Under the pieces are notes generated by a model that saw only the letters and a program-made list of their open reading frames with translations, had not been told where the DNA came from and did no database searches. The position numbers and the translations under genes are program-made. Positions 1 to 11,232 of a DNA stretch of 26,038 nucleotides are shown one piece after another; positions within the stretch are counted from its first letter, which is position 1; each line of letters opens with the position of its first letter. This DNA is from Utricularia gibba (lineage: Eukaryota; Plantae; Magnoliophyta). The stretch spans positions 1 through 26,038 of the forward strand of contig NEEC01000286.1 in the NCBI GenBank assembly GCA_002189035.1. The letters are read 5' to 3'.

Positions 1-1942
1 CATATTACCAAAATCATTTCACCTACCTTGATAATCTATTATTCTCAACATTGGATTCTAAATCCTATAGTTTACACCTTCCATATAAGTTAGGTTAAAT
101 GTGTTTTCAATAATGATTCCTAATTGAACACTTCTACTTAGATGCTGAAGATGAATTTGGATTTTCTAACATGTACTTAGTCTTTAGCCACACACGAGCA
201 AATTGACAAGAAAAATTTTAAATTAAATATCAAATAACATAATAAAATATCAACATATACAAGGATTGCATAATATTCTTTATGAAAAAGTGTTCAAGCG
301 CATACATTTGACTGTAAAATATGAAAAATATAAGAGAAAATTGGTTAAAACAACATCATTATTTAGATATTCATGTGAACCTAAGATATTGGATCAAATT
401 TTCATTCTTCATGCAACTTAAGCCTTATTTTAAGCTCGAATTCATACATTTTCAAATTCATGAATTGTTAAATTTTGATTTATCTTTAAATTGAGTCGAA
501 AATGTTATATAAATTCATAAAATATATTTTATTTTCGAAATATAGAATTAATATAAAAGATTAAAAATCAATATAGATTTAAGATACAATGATAGGTAAA
601 GTAAAAATTAGAATCTCAATAATAATAATAAAATATGTTTTAAAATGAAACAAAATAAAATCGTATATATATCATCTCATCAATCTTTAATAGAGTGTAG
701 CCTGATCGCAAGCTCTTCATTGTTGGGAGGTAAACTTTCGTTCTTTTTTCATCATTAGTTGATTTTAAACATTAATTTGAATAGAATCATTGTGATTCTC
801 ATGTTTTTTCGAATTTCACCAATTTTTGCGCATTTTTCTTTTCCAAAAAGAATAAATCCATATCACCACAAAAACTTAATCGGTTGTTGACATAACTTTG
901 GAACCATAACAACTACTATTATTATTAGTATTATCATGATTATTATTATTTAATTTGCATGTTAGGTTTCAGATGGAATGACATAAAATGCGAATGAATG
1001 CCTGGGTGACAAGCACCATGAGGCAGTCGACGCTTGACTGGACTGCAAAATTTAAAATATTAGAGTAATTTTATTCATAAAAAAATGGAAAAGAAAAACA
1101 GATTGACGGTAACGGTTCAGCTTCAGCATCTGTTGAAAAGTAGCGTCGGTGTTCCCCTCTGGTTAAACGTCACCTTCCACAGCAAACGAATGAATGACAG
1201 TGATTGCATGTGTTCAAAGTGTCTATCGTCTAACTTTCTTTGGGCCCTGACTCCACTACCGCATTATCTCGCTGAAATGGATGGACAAACTGCGATTTGA
1301 TGAATTCGATTCCAACCCATCTATAAGTTCTCTGAATTCTTTAGCTTCCTGACTCCAAAAATCAATCTTTTCGTTCCATTCTTTCTGGGTCTTTGTCTTC
1401 CCCCCGTGAAACCTGTCGGCGTGTTTTCGTGCATAGTGCAGCGCAGATTAGAGAAGAATCTGGTTTGCTTTACCACCCGCAATCTTGTTGTTTACTTTTC
1501 TGTTCAAAGATTTCGGGTAATAAATGGGAAGACATGTGCAGTGTTGTTGCATCGGGAAGTAATGATTCAGGTCTCCGGAAAAGCCTTGTCGAGTTGATGG
1601 GTTCTCATTTGTGGTAAGAAGCTCCACCGCACTTTTTTTCTTTTGGATAAGCGTTTGTGGTTAACTTTCTGTGTTCTCCCACTGATATTGGAGTTTGCAA
1701 GAAATTTGATTAGGGAATCATGTTGTTGTTTCATGAATTCTTTACTGGGACATATCCCCAACTTATGATGAGTTTCTTGGATCCAAGTTGAGAATGCAAA
1801 TGACTTTGGGTGTATGATCCTTGTTTGGGTGAAACAAGGGGTGTTGTGTTTTTTCCTGGTATTTGTTCTCTGAGCTGCTATTTTTATTGTTTTTGTCATG
1901 CAATCACTCCTTGAAGGTAAAAAGGGGCTGGTGAAGTCTCTG

Positions 1943-3489
1943 ATGGATGACAAGCAGATTGATCTGAAGAAACCTCTTATATCAGTTAGAAGACATTCTG
2001 GAAAAGGGGCATCAGTGACACATGATCGACAAGAGTCTCCCTTGGTTCTCCCTCGGCTTCCGTACTACATATCCGACCTGAAATCTGGACCTATCAGCGA
2101 TCCTGGAGCAGTGCCTTTTCAATGGGAACACAAACCTGGAAAGCCCAAGGCAGAGATAAAACCAGAACTGCGGATGGCTCCTAAGCTTCCTCCTGGCAGA
2201 TTCATTGCTGAATTCCCCTGTGGCTCAGTGAAAAGTCCATCTCCCAGTGAAGAGATTGATGATTTTGAGAAACTGCGAAGGGAAACTGAGGGAAGCAAGA
2301 GTTCTTCTGACTGTGATGACGAATATGCAGATGCACCTGATAGATTGTCCTGGACAGAATCATCTTATTTGAATTGTGGTATGAGTGACTTCTCGGATTT
2401 GGATGAGAATCTGTCACAGAAATTTCCAGCTGGTCGCATGCGAATGAGTTCATGATGAAGAGGTTTATCCCTGCAGCAAAAGCAATTGCTTCCGAGACAC
2501 CTACATATTTACCCCCAAAACAATCTCTTGCAAGAGAAAAACCATTGCAAGTGAAACAGGGATTTTTTGGCAAGCCTGAACTCAGATATGGACCTAGTTT
2601 TGCAAAGAAGTACTCTCATTTTGGTTTGGATGCAGCAATAGAAGAAGAAGAGGACGATGAAGATGATGATGAAAAGGAATGTGATTTCAACGGTAGTTTT
2701 CCTGGGTATGTGGTTTATTTTCAAATCTTTGTCTGAAGAGCCCATTTTACCTCCAAAACCATGTTCCTAGTTTGAATCTGAGATCAAGAGCATCTCTTTC
2801 TTCTGCAACTAAAACACCACCTGAGAAAGATTCAGATTCAAGTGACTCTGTAGTTGAGAAAACTGTCCTTGTTGATACTTTGCAGAAAGTGAGTAATCTG
2901 AGTTCTCCCTCCTCACCTGAAAATGAACATGAGATCACTTCGCGGATTATGAATCAGATGCATGAAACAGATTCTCCCATGGATGATAGTATCATTGATG
3001 AAGAGTGGGAAAGAACAGAGCAACAGCTTATTTCTACCATCCAAAAGAAAACAACATTTCCTGCTTACTCCCACATGAAGCATTTAGAGGTAACTCTGTC
3101 GCTATCTGCAGATGATGTGGAGAAGCATCTGCAGAGAGCAAGAACTCGGGAAACCTCCGCAGAAAATCTTCAGAGCGCCCACTTCCTCCGCCTTTACCAA
3201 AATCTCCATCGGATTCCTGGCTGTGCCGCGCTTTGCCATCACTATCAGCATCTGCTCCCCAGAAAATTTTTCGAAACCAGTGCTTGTTCCTGCAGCAAGT
3301 CCTCAAAAACTTAGTTTACCAGCAATTGGAATTCATCTAAAGTATGCGCTCTTTTACCTATGTCTGTCGGATTCTTGATATCACCTTCAGTTTCATGTTA
3401 CACTACTTCGTATCTGTTTTGGGCAGGAAAAGCTGATGAGCATACCAGAGTGTGATGAAGATCACTACAGTAGCAGCGTTCACTCTTGA
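1943..3489 (+). CDS. DUF688-family plant protein, frameshifted as assembled (probably intact in vivo)
   Basis: Family-like blocks occur in successive frames: MDDKQIDLKKPLISVRR (ATG 1943; an in-frame upstream ATG at 1898 is possible), SGPISDPGAVPFQWEHKPGKPK, EFMMKRFIPAAKAIASETP (from ~2446), VCGLFSNLCLKSPF (from 2706), PLPPPLPKSPSDSWLCRALP (from 3179). Putative intron GT3342..AG3426 and last exon EKLMSIPECDEDHYSSSVHS* (3427-3489). At least three -1 shifts (~2407-2451, GGG 2704-2706, probably CCC 3178-3180). Family assignment is from motif recall. Confidence 0.78.
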
Positions 3490-3654
3490 TGTGGTTGGCT
3501 CTTTATTGTACTAGAAAGAATAGATCAAATAAATTCAACTGAGAATTCACATCCAATGCTCTTGTAAGACACAATTCAAAGAGAGCTCCTACTGAGTACA
3601 TAAAAGTTTATATGCATACTGTATACCAATGCAAAGTATTTCATACATCAAAAC

Positions 3655-6137
3655 TTATGACAACTTGGAGTCTAATCCAGTATAATCAGCAGCTGTATAA
3701 GATTCAAACAGTTCTCGGATTAGCCCCTGTTTCCTTCTAGGATTGCAGCCCATATCTTTGCAGAGTTGATCATTGTACCAAATGTGAAAGCCCGCAATGC
3801 AAGCTCTCCTATACTCATTATTAACCGAGATTTTCTTCATGTACTTTCCCCACTCTTCAATGTCCTGTTCCATTTCCTTTATGCTGGGCAACGTAAACGC
3901 CCCATCTAGTAACGCCACGAGCCATTTGGAGCTCATTTCGAATGTGTAGATGTTCAAAAGAGACTCTGAATAGCCGATAACCGCCATTTGTGGATGCGTG
4001 GATGAATCATTTGCCTGTAACAAACATCATAGACTTGCAAAGTTGTAACACACATCTTACAATGAGACTCAAATACAAGCTCAAGCTAAGTAAAAGTACC
4101 TGTAGAGGGGCATCAGGGAAGTTGGAGACCGGCCGATGACGATGTCTCGGATGCTCGAGCGCGAAAACATGTTCCTGAGCTTCTCGTCTCCTTTGTATCC
4201 CGTTGCGAAGATGACTACATCTGCTACCAATGGTTGGTCCTTTTGTTCATCTAGAATCAAGCCCTCTTTGCAAAAAGAAATCTTTTTAGGCTTCTTGAAC
4301 ACAATACTTCCCGCTTCCACTTTGTCGTAGAAGTCCGATGGTATGATCATGACCTTACAAGTGGAAACATACTGCACAAATGGTTCCTTTGGAACCATGT
4401 CGTATTTCTTCAGTGGAAGCTTCCGCTTCAAATAGCTCTCCACGAACTTGGAAAGCGCCCACCTCTACAAAAAAGAGAACAGAAAATAATTTAGACCTTT
4501 GTCATTCTTCATGTTGATCAAATTTGTACCATACCATGGGACTCAACAGTGTAGCCAAGAGACCGTAAAGCAGCCCTTCACGAGGCTTATGAATCAGCAT
4601 CTCAGTAATGCGATTGAAAAGAAGAGCACCTATATCAACTCCCCGTGGAAACATGTCCGGCATCATCCACGGAATAGTTCGTTGCAACATCGTGCACGGA
4701 AGTTCGTTTCCTGGAAACCAAAAGCCGACCAAAGCTCAATTCACAATATCCCAACCTCAATCACTTTCAGAAAAATGCAATTCACCGAAAAAAACACACA
4801 GAGATTCACCAATCCTCACCGTTTGCAAGTGCACACTCGTAAGCCACATCGACGGCTGATTTATTACTGCCGATGACCACGACTCGCTTCCCTTTGATGA
4901 GCTCCAATGCGGCAGCATTGTCCATCGCGGAGTAGTCCATGGAATGCAGGACTTTCCCGGAGAATATCTCCGGTCCACGGCCATCGGGGAAGTCTGGTAT
5001 ATTCGGAAGGCCGCTAAACCTTCCGATACAGAGGACTAGGAAGTCCGCTTCATATTCCTACGGCAGAATCGCTGTAAATTGTTACTCAAGATAAACGATT
5101 TCAAATCGTAAAGAGCAATCGGCGAAAAAACATGAATTAAATTAATAATATTTTTAAAGTTAATAAAAAAATAGTCCACACTAATCATTTAACTCATTGA
5201 TGGACTCCAATTAGGGTTTCAAACGATATCAAAAGTAGGATTAAATTAGAATTTAGTTGGGTTTCAAGATTTCAATCAAAACTCTTACATAGGTTTGGTG
5301 CATAAAAACCTCATTATTTTAAATTCACCCTTTTCATACAATTAATAAGAAAGTAAAAAAGATTTTATTAAAGACACCAATGTAATTTTGATTTTAATAA
5401 TCATAAATTCAATTTTTAATAACTATTAATCAAACACAATACTTTAATAAAAAAAATGTAGTCAATAAATACATTTTTTATCTTAAATCCATAAATAAGT
5501 TTTTTAAAAAATCTAAATATTTTAAAATGATTTTATTAAAGACACCACAGCCCCACCATTCTAGTTCCTCTTCATTATTACTATTTTAGGTGATGACTAA
5601 ACTATGGTTAAATTTCTTAGTTAAAGAATATAATATAATGTTACGATATATTTAATTAATTGACTTGGGAATTTACGTGATTAAAATAAAAAAATACCTC
5701 TGTGGATTTAGATAAGGTGTCAAGAACCTGGAGCTTCCACTTGCCTTTAGATCCAAATGCCCTCCCGCTTCCTCCCCACAATTCCCATGCCACCATTTCC
5801 TCTTCGCTTTCCCCCACGTAATCCACGCTCCTCACTTTGCTGTTGAACTTGATGTAGCGCGCCAAATCGAAATGCTTGGCGTAGGAATTGACGTACTCGA
5901 GGACTTGATCCGCCGGAGGAACATCTCGTCGGCGTCGGGAGACGGCCAATCGAAATCGGAGAACCTGAAGTAGCGTTTCAGGTTCTGGAGCCGAGTCGTC
6001 TTCATCGTGTGATTCCATACCCCGCCGACTTGCCCCGCGGCTTCGAAGACCACAGGATTGAAGCCAGCGGCGGCGGCGTGCTTGCAGGCCAGGAGGCCGG
6101 CCATTCCGGCGCCGATGATCGCGACTCTCTTCTGCAT
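3655..6137 (-). CDS. FMO1: FMO1-like flavin-containing monooxygenase, copy A (5 exons; 526 aa if two -1 frameshifts are corrected)
   Basis: Exons 6137-5698, 5057-4820, 4710-4535, 4464-4100, 4014-3655, all with GT-AG introns. Motifs: GAGMAG (FAD), [11 protein letters not shown] (FMO signature), GSNKSA (NADPH), FATGY, C-terminal [17 protein letters not shown]. One G is missing at 5918-5919 and at 3992-3993 relative to copies B and C. The symbol denotes the family, not proven orthology. Confidence 0.9.
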
Positions 6138-7959
6138 TTTGACTGTTTGAGTTTGGCGCGTTAAGGGATTAGTTGCTTTGACTGGGATTTGGGGGGAAAA
6201 TGGAAGCCTCTATTTAAACCTTTTTTTGGTTGAAAGACACCACGGAATGAGTTATGTTGGCCAAGACGTCCACGTAGCACGGGTAGTTGCCATCCAAACT
6301 TTGGAAATCCAAAACCAAGCATTCTATTTATTAATTGAATTATAATTTATCATAATCATTTTTAAAATAAAAAATGCGAAACTCAAAACCGTGCACGGAC
6401 ATCTATAAACCGTTTGCCGGTCAATAATTTCAAATTCTAGTGGAATGACTATTGATTTCATATGACAATGTTTATGTTTAAGGGTGGAGCTTGGGCTTGA
6501 GCAAACTCAGCCTTGACCTAATCTTAAAAAAAATTATATGTTAATTTAATTTATATTTTACTTAGAAATCTTGTTTAACTTCATGGATTGACCAACCTTA
6601 AAAATTTTCTCAAGCTCTACCAATACTTATGTTAAATCTTGAACTGAATATTTGCATCTTATTATAATATTGTTTGGATTTCATAGGAAAATGCTTATAT
6701 TGAATGCTCAAATTTGACATTCATATGATTGCACATTCATGCAACATTGTGTACCACTCCATTCGGTGTTTGGTTTGAACTTGCAAAGGCACGACCTTCA
6801 TGCAATACTGCGTACCATTCTATCTGCTAGTAGTTTAAACTTACAAAGGATTGCAATTTCATGTAGCACTATGTAACCCTATCCAACGTTGGTTTAAAAT
6901 TGTAAAGAACAACTTCATGCAGCACTGCATAATGTTGTATCTAATATTGGTTTAAAGTTGTGGAGGACTGCAGCTTTACTCAATGGTGCATACCACTCTA
7001 TTTGATGTGGGATCAAACTTTGAAGCATTGTAGTTTTTACGTTTGCACCATTTAACACTCTATCTAGTGCTGGTTTAGACTTGCAAGATCATGTAACATG
7101 ATAATATGATGTTGGCTATAAATTGCAGATAGTTCTTTCATTATTAATTATAGACAGTTTTGATGGTTAACCAACCATGGAGTGCATGCTCGGCTATTTA
7201 ATCTCTCTAATGAGTGCTTATTGTGTCTCTTCATACCATTATTCCAAGGAGAACACACTAGTTCCACCTTCCTTTTCCTCCACATTGGACTTCTGATAAA
7301 CGAAAATCCATGTCATTGTTTAATTATGAAAATTTTGATTCAAATAAAATTTATAAAACCTAATTTTTTAGAGATACAAATCAAGCAATTGTATAGTGGA
7401 ATTAAGCTTGAACATAAGGAGTTTAATACCTATTGCATGAAATTTAATACATTCTAGTTTCAAAATCGATTTCAAGTTTAAGCAAAAACTAGCATGAATT
7501 CAATAATTGCGTGACAATAAAAATAAAGAGATAATATGTTTATAATTCTAAAAGTGGAATGTTCATTCAACTCATGTTTCAAACTAGCTCAAGATGATCT
7601 AAATCTACTCAAATCAATTATTTTTTTATTTTAATTTACTTAGGTATCCTATTTTCACCTTACCCTCAAGTCTACCATTTTATAAAATTAATAAGAATAG
7701 ATTTATTCAATCATATTAATCTCTATCCAAAAAAAATCAACTATCTAATTACATCATATATATCCATTAGTTTACCTCTAGGTTGGGTTTCCCAAGTTAG
7801 AATTATTTTTTCCCTACTAGATATATATACTAGATTGTTATGAAGATTTAAACTAGCACATTTTTCTTTTTGAATCTAGACTAAAATGACTACTTCTTCC
7901 ACATCTTCCTAAGGCATTGCTCTAATCTAGTCAATCAAACTAAAGATAAGCAAAATATC
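3985..7959. repeat. Left arm (3975 bp) of a large inverted duplication
   Basis: Reverse complement of 9409-13386. Both ends and many internal blocks were checked by eye; differences found are essentially 1-bp homopolymer indels. Confidence 0.97.
6736..7089. repeat. Degenerate minisatellite, ~6 units of 56-61 bp, upstream of FMO-A
   Basis: Units start at ~6736, 6797, 6858, 6914, ~6975 and ~7036, with consensus TTCATGCA..ACTG.GTACCA.TCTAT....TGGTTTAAACTTG.AAAG. Confidence 0.75.
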
Positions 7960-8109
7960 TTCATGAAACAAAAATAATGGTACATCCAATAGTCACAATC
8001 TTGATATAAAGAATAAAAAGAAACGAGAAGTAAAGAAAATTCTGAAAATGTCAAATAATCCATTTTGCTTCTATAGTACTATTTCTGGTTGAAAGTCGAA
8101 TTAAGAAGT

Positions 8110-8384
8110 CAGAGATTGATGGATAAATTGTTGGTAATAACCCATGAAACCATAAAACTTAGAAAGAGCTTTTAGATTTGTAGGCAATAACATAGTGTAT
8201 TGGATAAATTGTTTTCCAAAGAAACATTTTGATAGCTTAGCAAAGAGTTTGCTAGTACATTTATTCATGTTTTTTGTTGTAAACAAGAATATCATAAAAA
8301 ATATCAATAAAAACTTGTGAATATACAATAGGAAATAATATTCATGAGAGAAAAAAATATGAAGGGAGCATTCGTCAGGCCAAA
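8110..8384 (-). mobile_element. Ty3/gypsy reverse transcriptase remnant, C-terminal half (duplicated copy)
   Basis: Across frameshifts: FGLTNAP..F..LMN, HKFLLIFF.DILVYNK (degenerate catalytic motif), LFAKLSKCFFG, PTNLKALSKFYGFMGYYQQFI. Confidence 0.8.
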
Positions 8385-8990
8385 GAGATGTGAGGAAAGG
8401 ATCAAAAGAAGAAAAGATTGGACAAACACTACTCTTAAAATTTTTTGTTTGAAAAAAAAAAGCTGATGCGATCATAAATAATATAAATAAAGATAATGAA
8501 ACTGAAGAAAATAATAATACTAATCATCTCATAATTTCACTTGAGACAATTACTAGATCAATAACATGAAAAAATAAAAAAACTTATTATGAAATTGTAA
8601 ACCAATCAGAAAAACTATGAAACATATGACATTGAGTTCAACCTATTTAAATTAGATCAAGTTGAGTAAAATTGGGTTATAACATTTTAGTTCACTAACG
8701 TTGCTTTTATTTTGTGTAGGCCCATTTCCCTATTTTATTTAAAAATGGCTTCATTCTTGTTTGGAAACAATTTTGATTATAATAAATTTTGAAAATTATG
8801 CTTTTTCTTTAAGTTCTTATAGAACTTGAGACTTATGAAATTTTATTTATGATGTTTAGTGTAGTTTATTTTTTTGTTTCCTTTCATGTTTTGTGAGTAT
8901 AGTAGCATTTTCATAAATTGAGTTGCAATGATATTCATTTCTTGAGAATTAACTTCTTCTTTCATGAATTATTGTTTTATTTGAAACTTA

Positions 8991-9209
8991 GAGTATGTTT
9001 GGTAAAGCTTCTGCTTCAGTAGAAGCACTTCTAGAAGCAATTCTTAGATAAAACACGTGTTGTTCTGTTTTATATGAAGTTGAAATAATGAAGTGCTTCG
9101 ATTTTTTTTAGAAGCTAGGGTATCTCTGCTTCAAAAAAAATGAAACGTTTCTAGAACCACTTATTTGAAGTTGTTTGAAGTTTTTTCTGAAACAGTACCA
9201 AACAGACCC
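8991..9209. mobile_element. Tourist-like (PIF/Harbinger) MITE, 219 bp
   Basis: TIR GAGTATGTTTGGTA versus reverse-complemented right end GGGTCTGTTTGGTA (12/14 match); TTA target-site duplication at 8988-8990 and 9210-9212. Confidence 0.85.
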
Positions 9210-10280
9210 TTAAGATCTGATTTTCCAAAAAATTGTGGTTTGAACTATCACATCAAAAACCAATGATGACAAAAAAACATGCAGCAACACAATCTTTTAT
9301 TGAGCACACTAAGTGAGTGCATAATGAATGCAACAACAATGCTTGAATAGACAAAAAGTTGAACTAATTGTCCGAAAAAAAGTGCAACAGATCTCTGGTA
9401 AGAAATCCGATATTTTGCTTATCTTTAGTTTGATTGACTAGATTAGAGCAATGCCTTAGGAAGATGTGGAAGAAGTAGTCATTTTAGTCTAGATTCAAAA
9501 AGAAAAATGTGCTAGTTTAAATCTTCATAACAATCTAGTATATATATCTAGTAGGGAAAAAAATAATTCTAACTTGGGAAACCCAACCTAGAGGTAAACT
9601 AATGGATATATATGATGTAATTAGATAGTTGATTTTTTTGGATAGAGATTAATATGATTGAATAAATCTATTCTTATTAATTTTATAAAATGGTAGACTT
9701 GAGGGTAAGGTGAAAATAGGATACCTAAGTAAATTAAAATAAAAAAAATAATTGATTTGAGTAGATTTAGATCATCTTGAGCTAGTTTGAAACATGAGTT
9801 GAATGAACATTCCACTTTTAGAATTATAAACATATTATCTCTTTATTTTTATTGTCACGCAATTATTGAATTCATGCTAGTTTTTGCTTAAACTTGAAAT
9901 CGATTTTGAAACTAGAATGTATTAAATTTCATGCAATAGGTATTAAACTCCTTATGTTCAAGCTTAATTCCACTATACAATTGCTTGATTTGTATCTCTA
10001 AAAAATTAGGTTTTATAAATTTTATTTGAATCAAAATTTTCATAATTAAACAATGACATGGATTTTCGTTTATCAGAAGTCCAATGTGGAGGAAAAGGAA
10101 GGTGGAACTAGTGTGTTCTCCTTGGGAATAATGGTATGAAGAGACACAATAAGCACTCATTAGAGAGATTAAATAGCCGAGCATGCACTCCATGGTTGGT
10201 TAACCATCAAAACTGTCTATAATTAATAATGAAAGAACTATCTGCAATTTATAGCCAACATCATATTATCATGTTACATG

Positions 10281-10634
10281 ATCTTGCAAGTCTAAACCAG
10301 CACTAGATAGAGTGTTAAATGGTGCAACGTAAAAACTACAATGCTTCAAAGTTTGATCCCACATCAAATAGAGTGGTATGCACCATTGAGTAAAGCTGCA
10401 GTCCTCCACAACTTTAAACCAATATTAGATACAACATTATGCAGTGCTGCATGAAGTTGTTCTTTACAATTTTAAACCAACGTTGGATAGGGTTACATAG
10501 TGCTACATGAAATTGCAATCCTTTGTAAGTTTAAACTACTAGCAGATAGAATGGTACGCAGTATTGCATGAAGGTCGTGCCCTTTGCAAGTTCAAACCAA
10601 ACACCGAATGGAGTGGTACACAATGTTGCATGAA
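10281..10634. repeat. Mirror copy of the ~61-bp degenerate minisatellite, upstream of FMO-B
   Basis: Reverse complement of 6736-7089, lying inside the inverted arm. Confidence 0.72.
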
Positions 10635-10785
10635 TGTGCAATCATATGAATGTCAAATTTGAGCATTCAATATAAGCATTTTCCTATGAAATCCAAACAA
10701 TATTATAATAAGATGCAAATATTCAGTTCAAGATTTAACATAAGTATTGGTAGAGCTTGAGAAAATTTTTAAGGTTGGTCAATCC

Positions 10786-11231
10786 ATGAAGTTAAACAAG
10801 ATTTCTAAGTAAAATATAAATTAAATTAACATATAATTTTTTTTAAGATTAGGTCAAGGCTGAGTTTGCTCAAGCCCAAGCTCCACCCTTAAACATAAAC
10901 ATTGTCATATGAAATCAATAGTCATTCCACTAGAATTTGAAATTATTGACCGGCAAACGGTTTATAGATGTCCGTGCACGGTTTTGAGTTTCGCATTTTT
11001 TATTTTAAAAATGATTATGATAAATTATAATTCAATTAATAAATAGAATGCTTGGTTTTGGATTTCCAAAGTTTGGATGGCAACTACCCGTGCTACGTGG
11101 ACGTCTTGGCCAACATAACTCATTCCGTGGTGTCTTTCAACCAAAAAAAGGTTTAAATAGAGGCTTCCATTTTCCCCCCAAATCCCAGTCAAAGCAACTA
11201 ATCCCTTAACGCGCCAAACTCAAACAGTCAA
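10786..11231 (+). promoter_or_regulatory. Proximal promoter of FMO-B (mirrored upstream of A) with W-box and ACGT motifs
   Basis: TTGACY/RGTCAA at 10786, 10852, 10946, 11187 and 11226; TACGTGGACGTC at ~11094-11105; TATA-like TTTAAATA at ~11152-11159. Short motifs only; function is inferred. Confidence 0.4.
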
Positions 11232-11232
11232 A

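Larger units (their letters stand above)
8066..9408. repeat. Direct repeat D, copy 1 (1343 bp)
   Basis: Matches 13385-14728 from TGCTTCTATAGTACT to GGTAAGAAATCC, with only small indels. Confidence 0.97.

Noticed and set aside
380-500. Faint similarity to ~9920-10000 (CCTTAT.TT.AAGCT..AATTC)
   Set aside because: Too short and AT-rich to support without an alignment.
1085-1953. Short ORFs upstream of DUF688 (1085-1300, 1393-1617, 1406-1597, 1567-1953)
   Set aside because: No recognisable motifs. The region looks like promoter, 5' UTR and a likely UTR intron (GTAAGA at 1614; acceptor not determined).
4136-4984. Antisense and off-frame ORFs over the FMO exons (also mirrored at 12232-13234 and 16285-17136)
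   Set aside because: Shadows of the real FMO reading frame.
5361-5547. 19-bp direct repeat GATTTTATTAAAGACACCA (5361 and 5529) in FMO-A intron 1
   Set aside because: Could be a small local duplication or an insertion footprint, but no element termini were recognised between the copies.
6736-7089. CRISPR-like appearance of the periodic array
   Set aside because: Whole units are degenerate copies with no constant repeat and unique spacer pattern; eukaryotic context and no cas genes.
7182-7457. ORFs 7182-7457, 9621-9833 and 9912-10193
   Set aside because: Low-complexity AT-rich translations; they recur only because of the inverted duplication.
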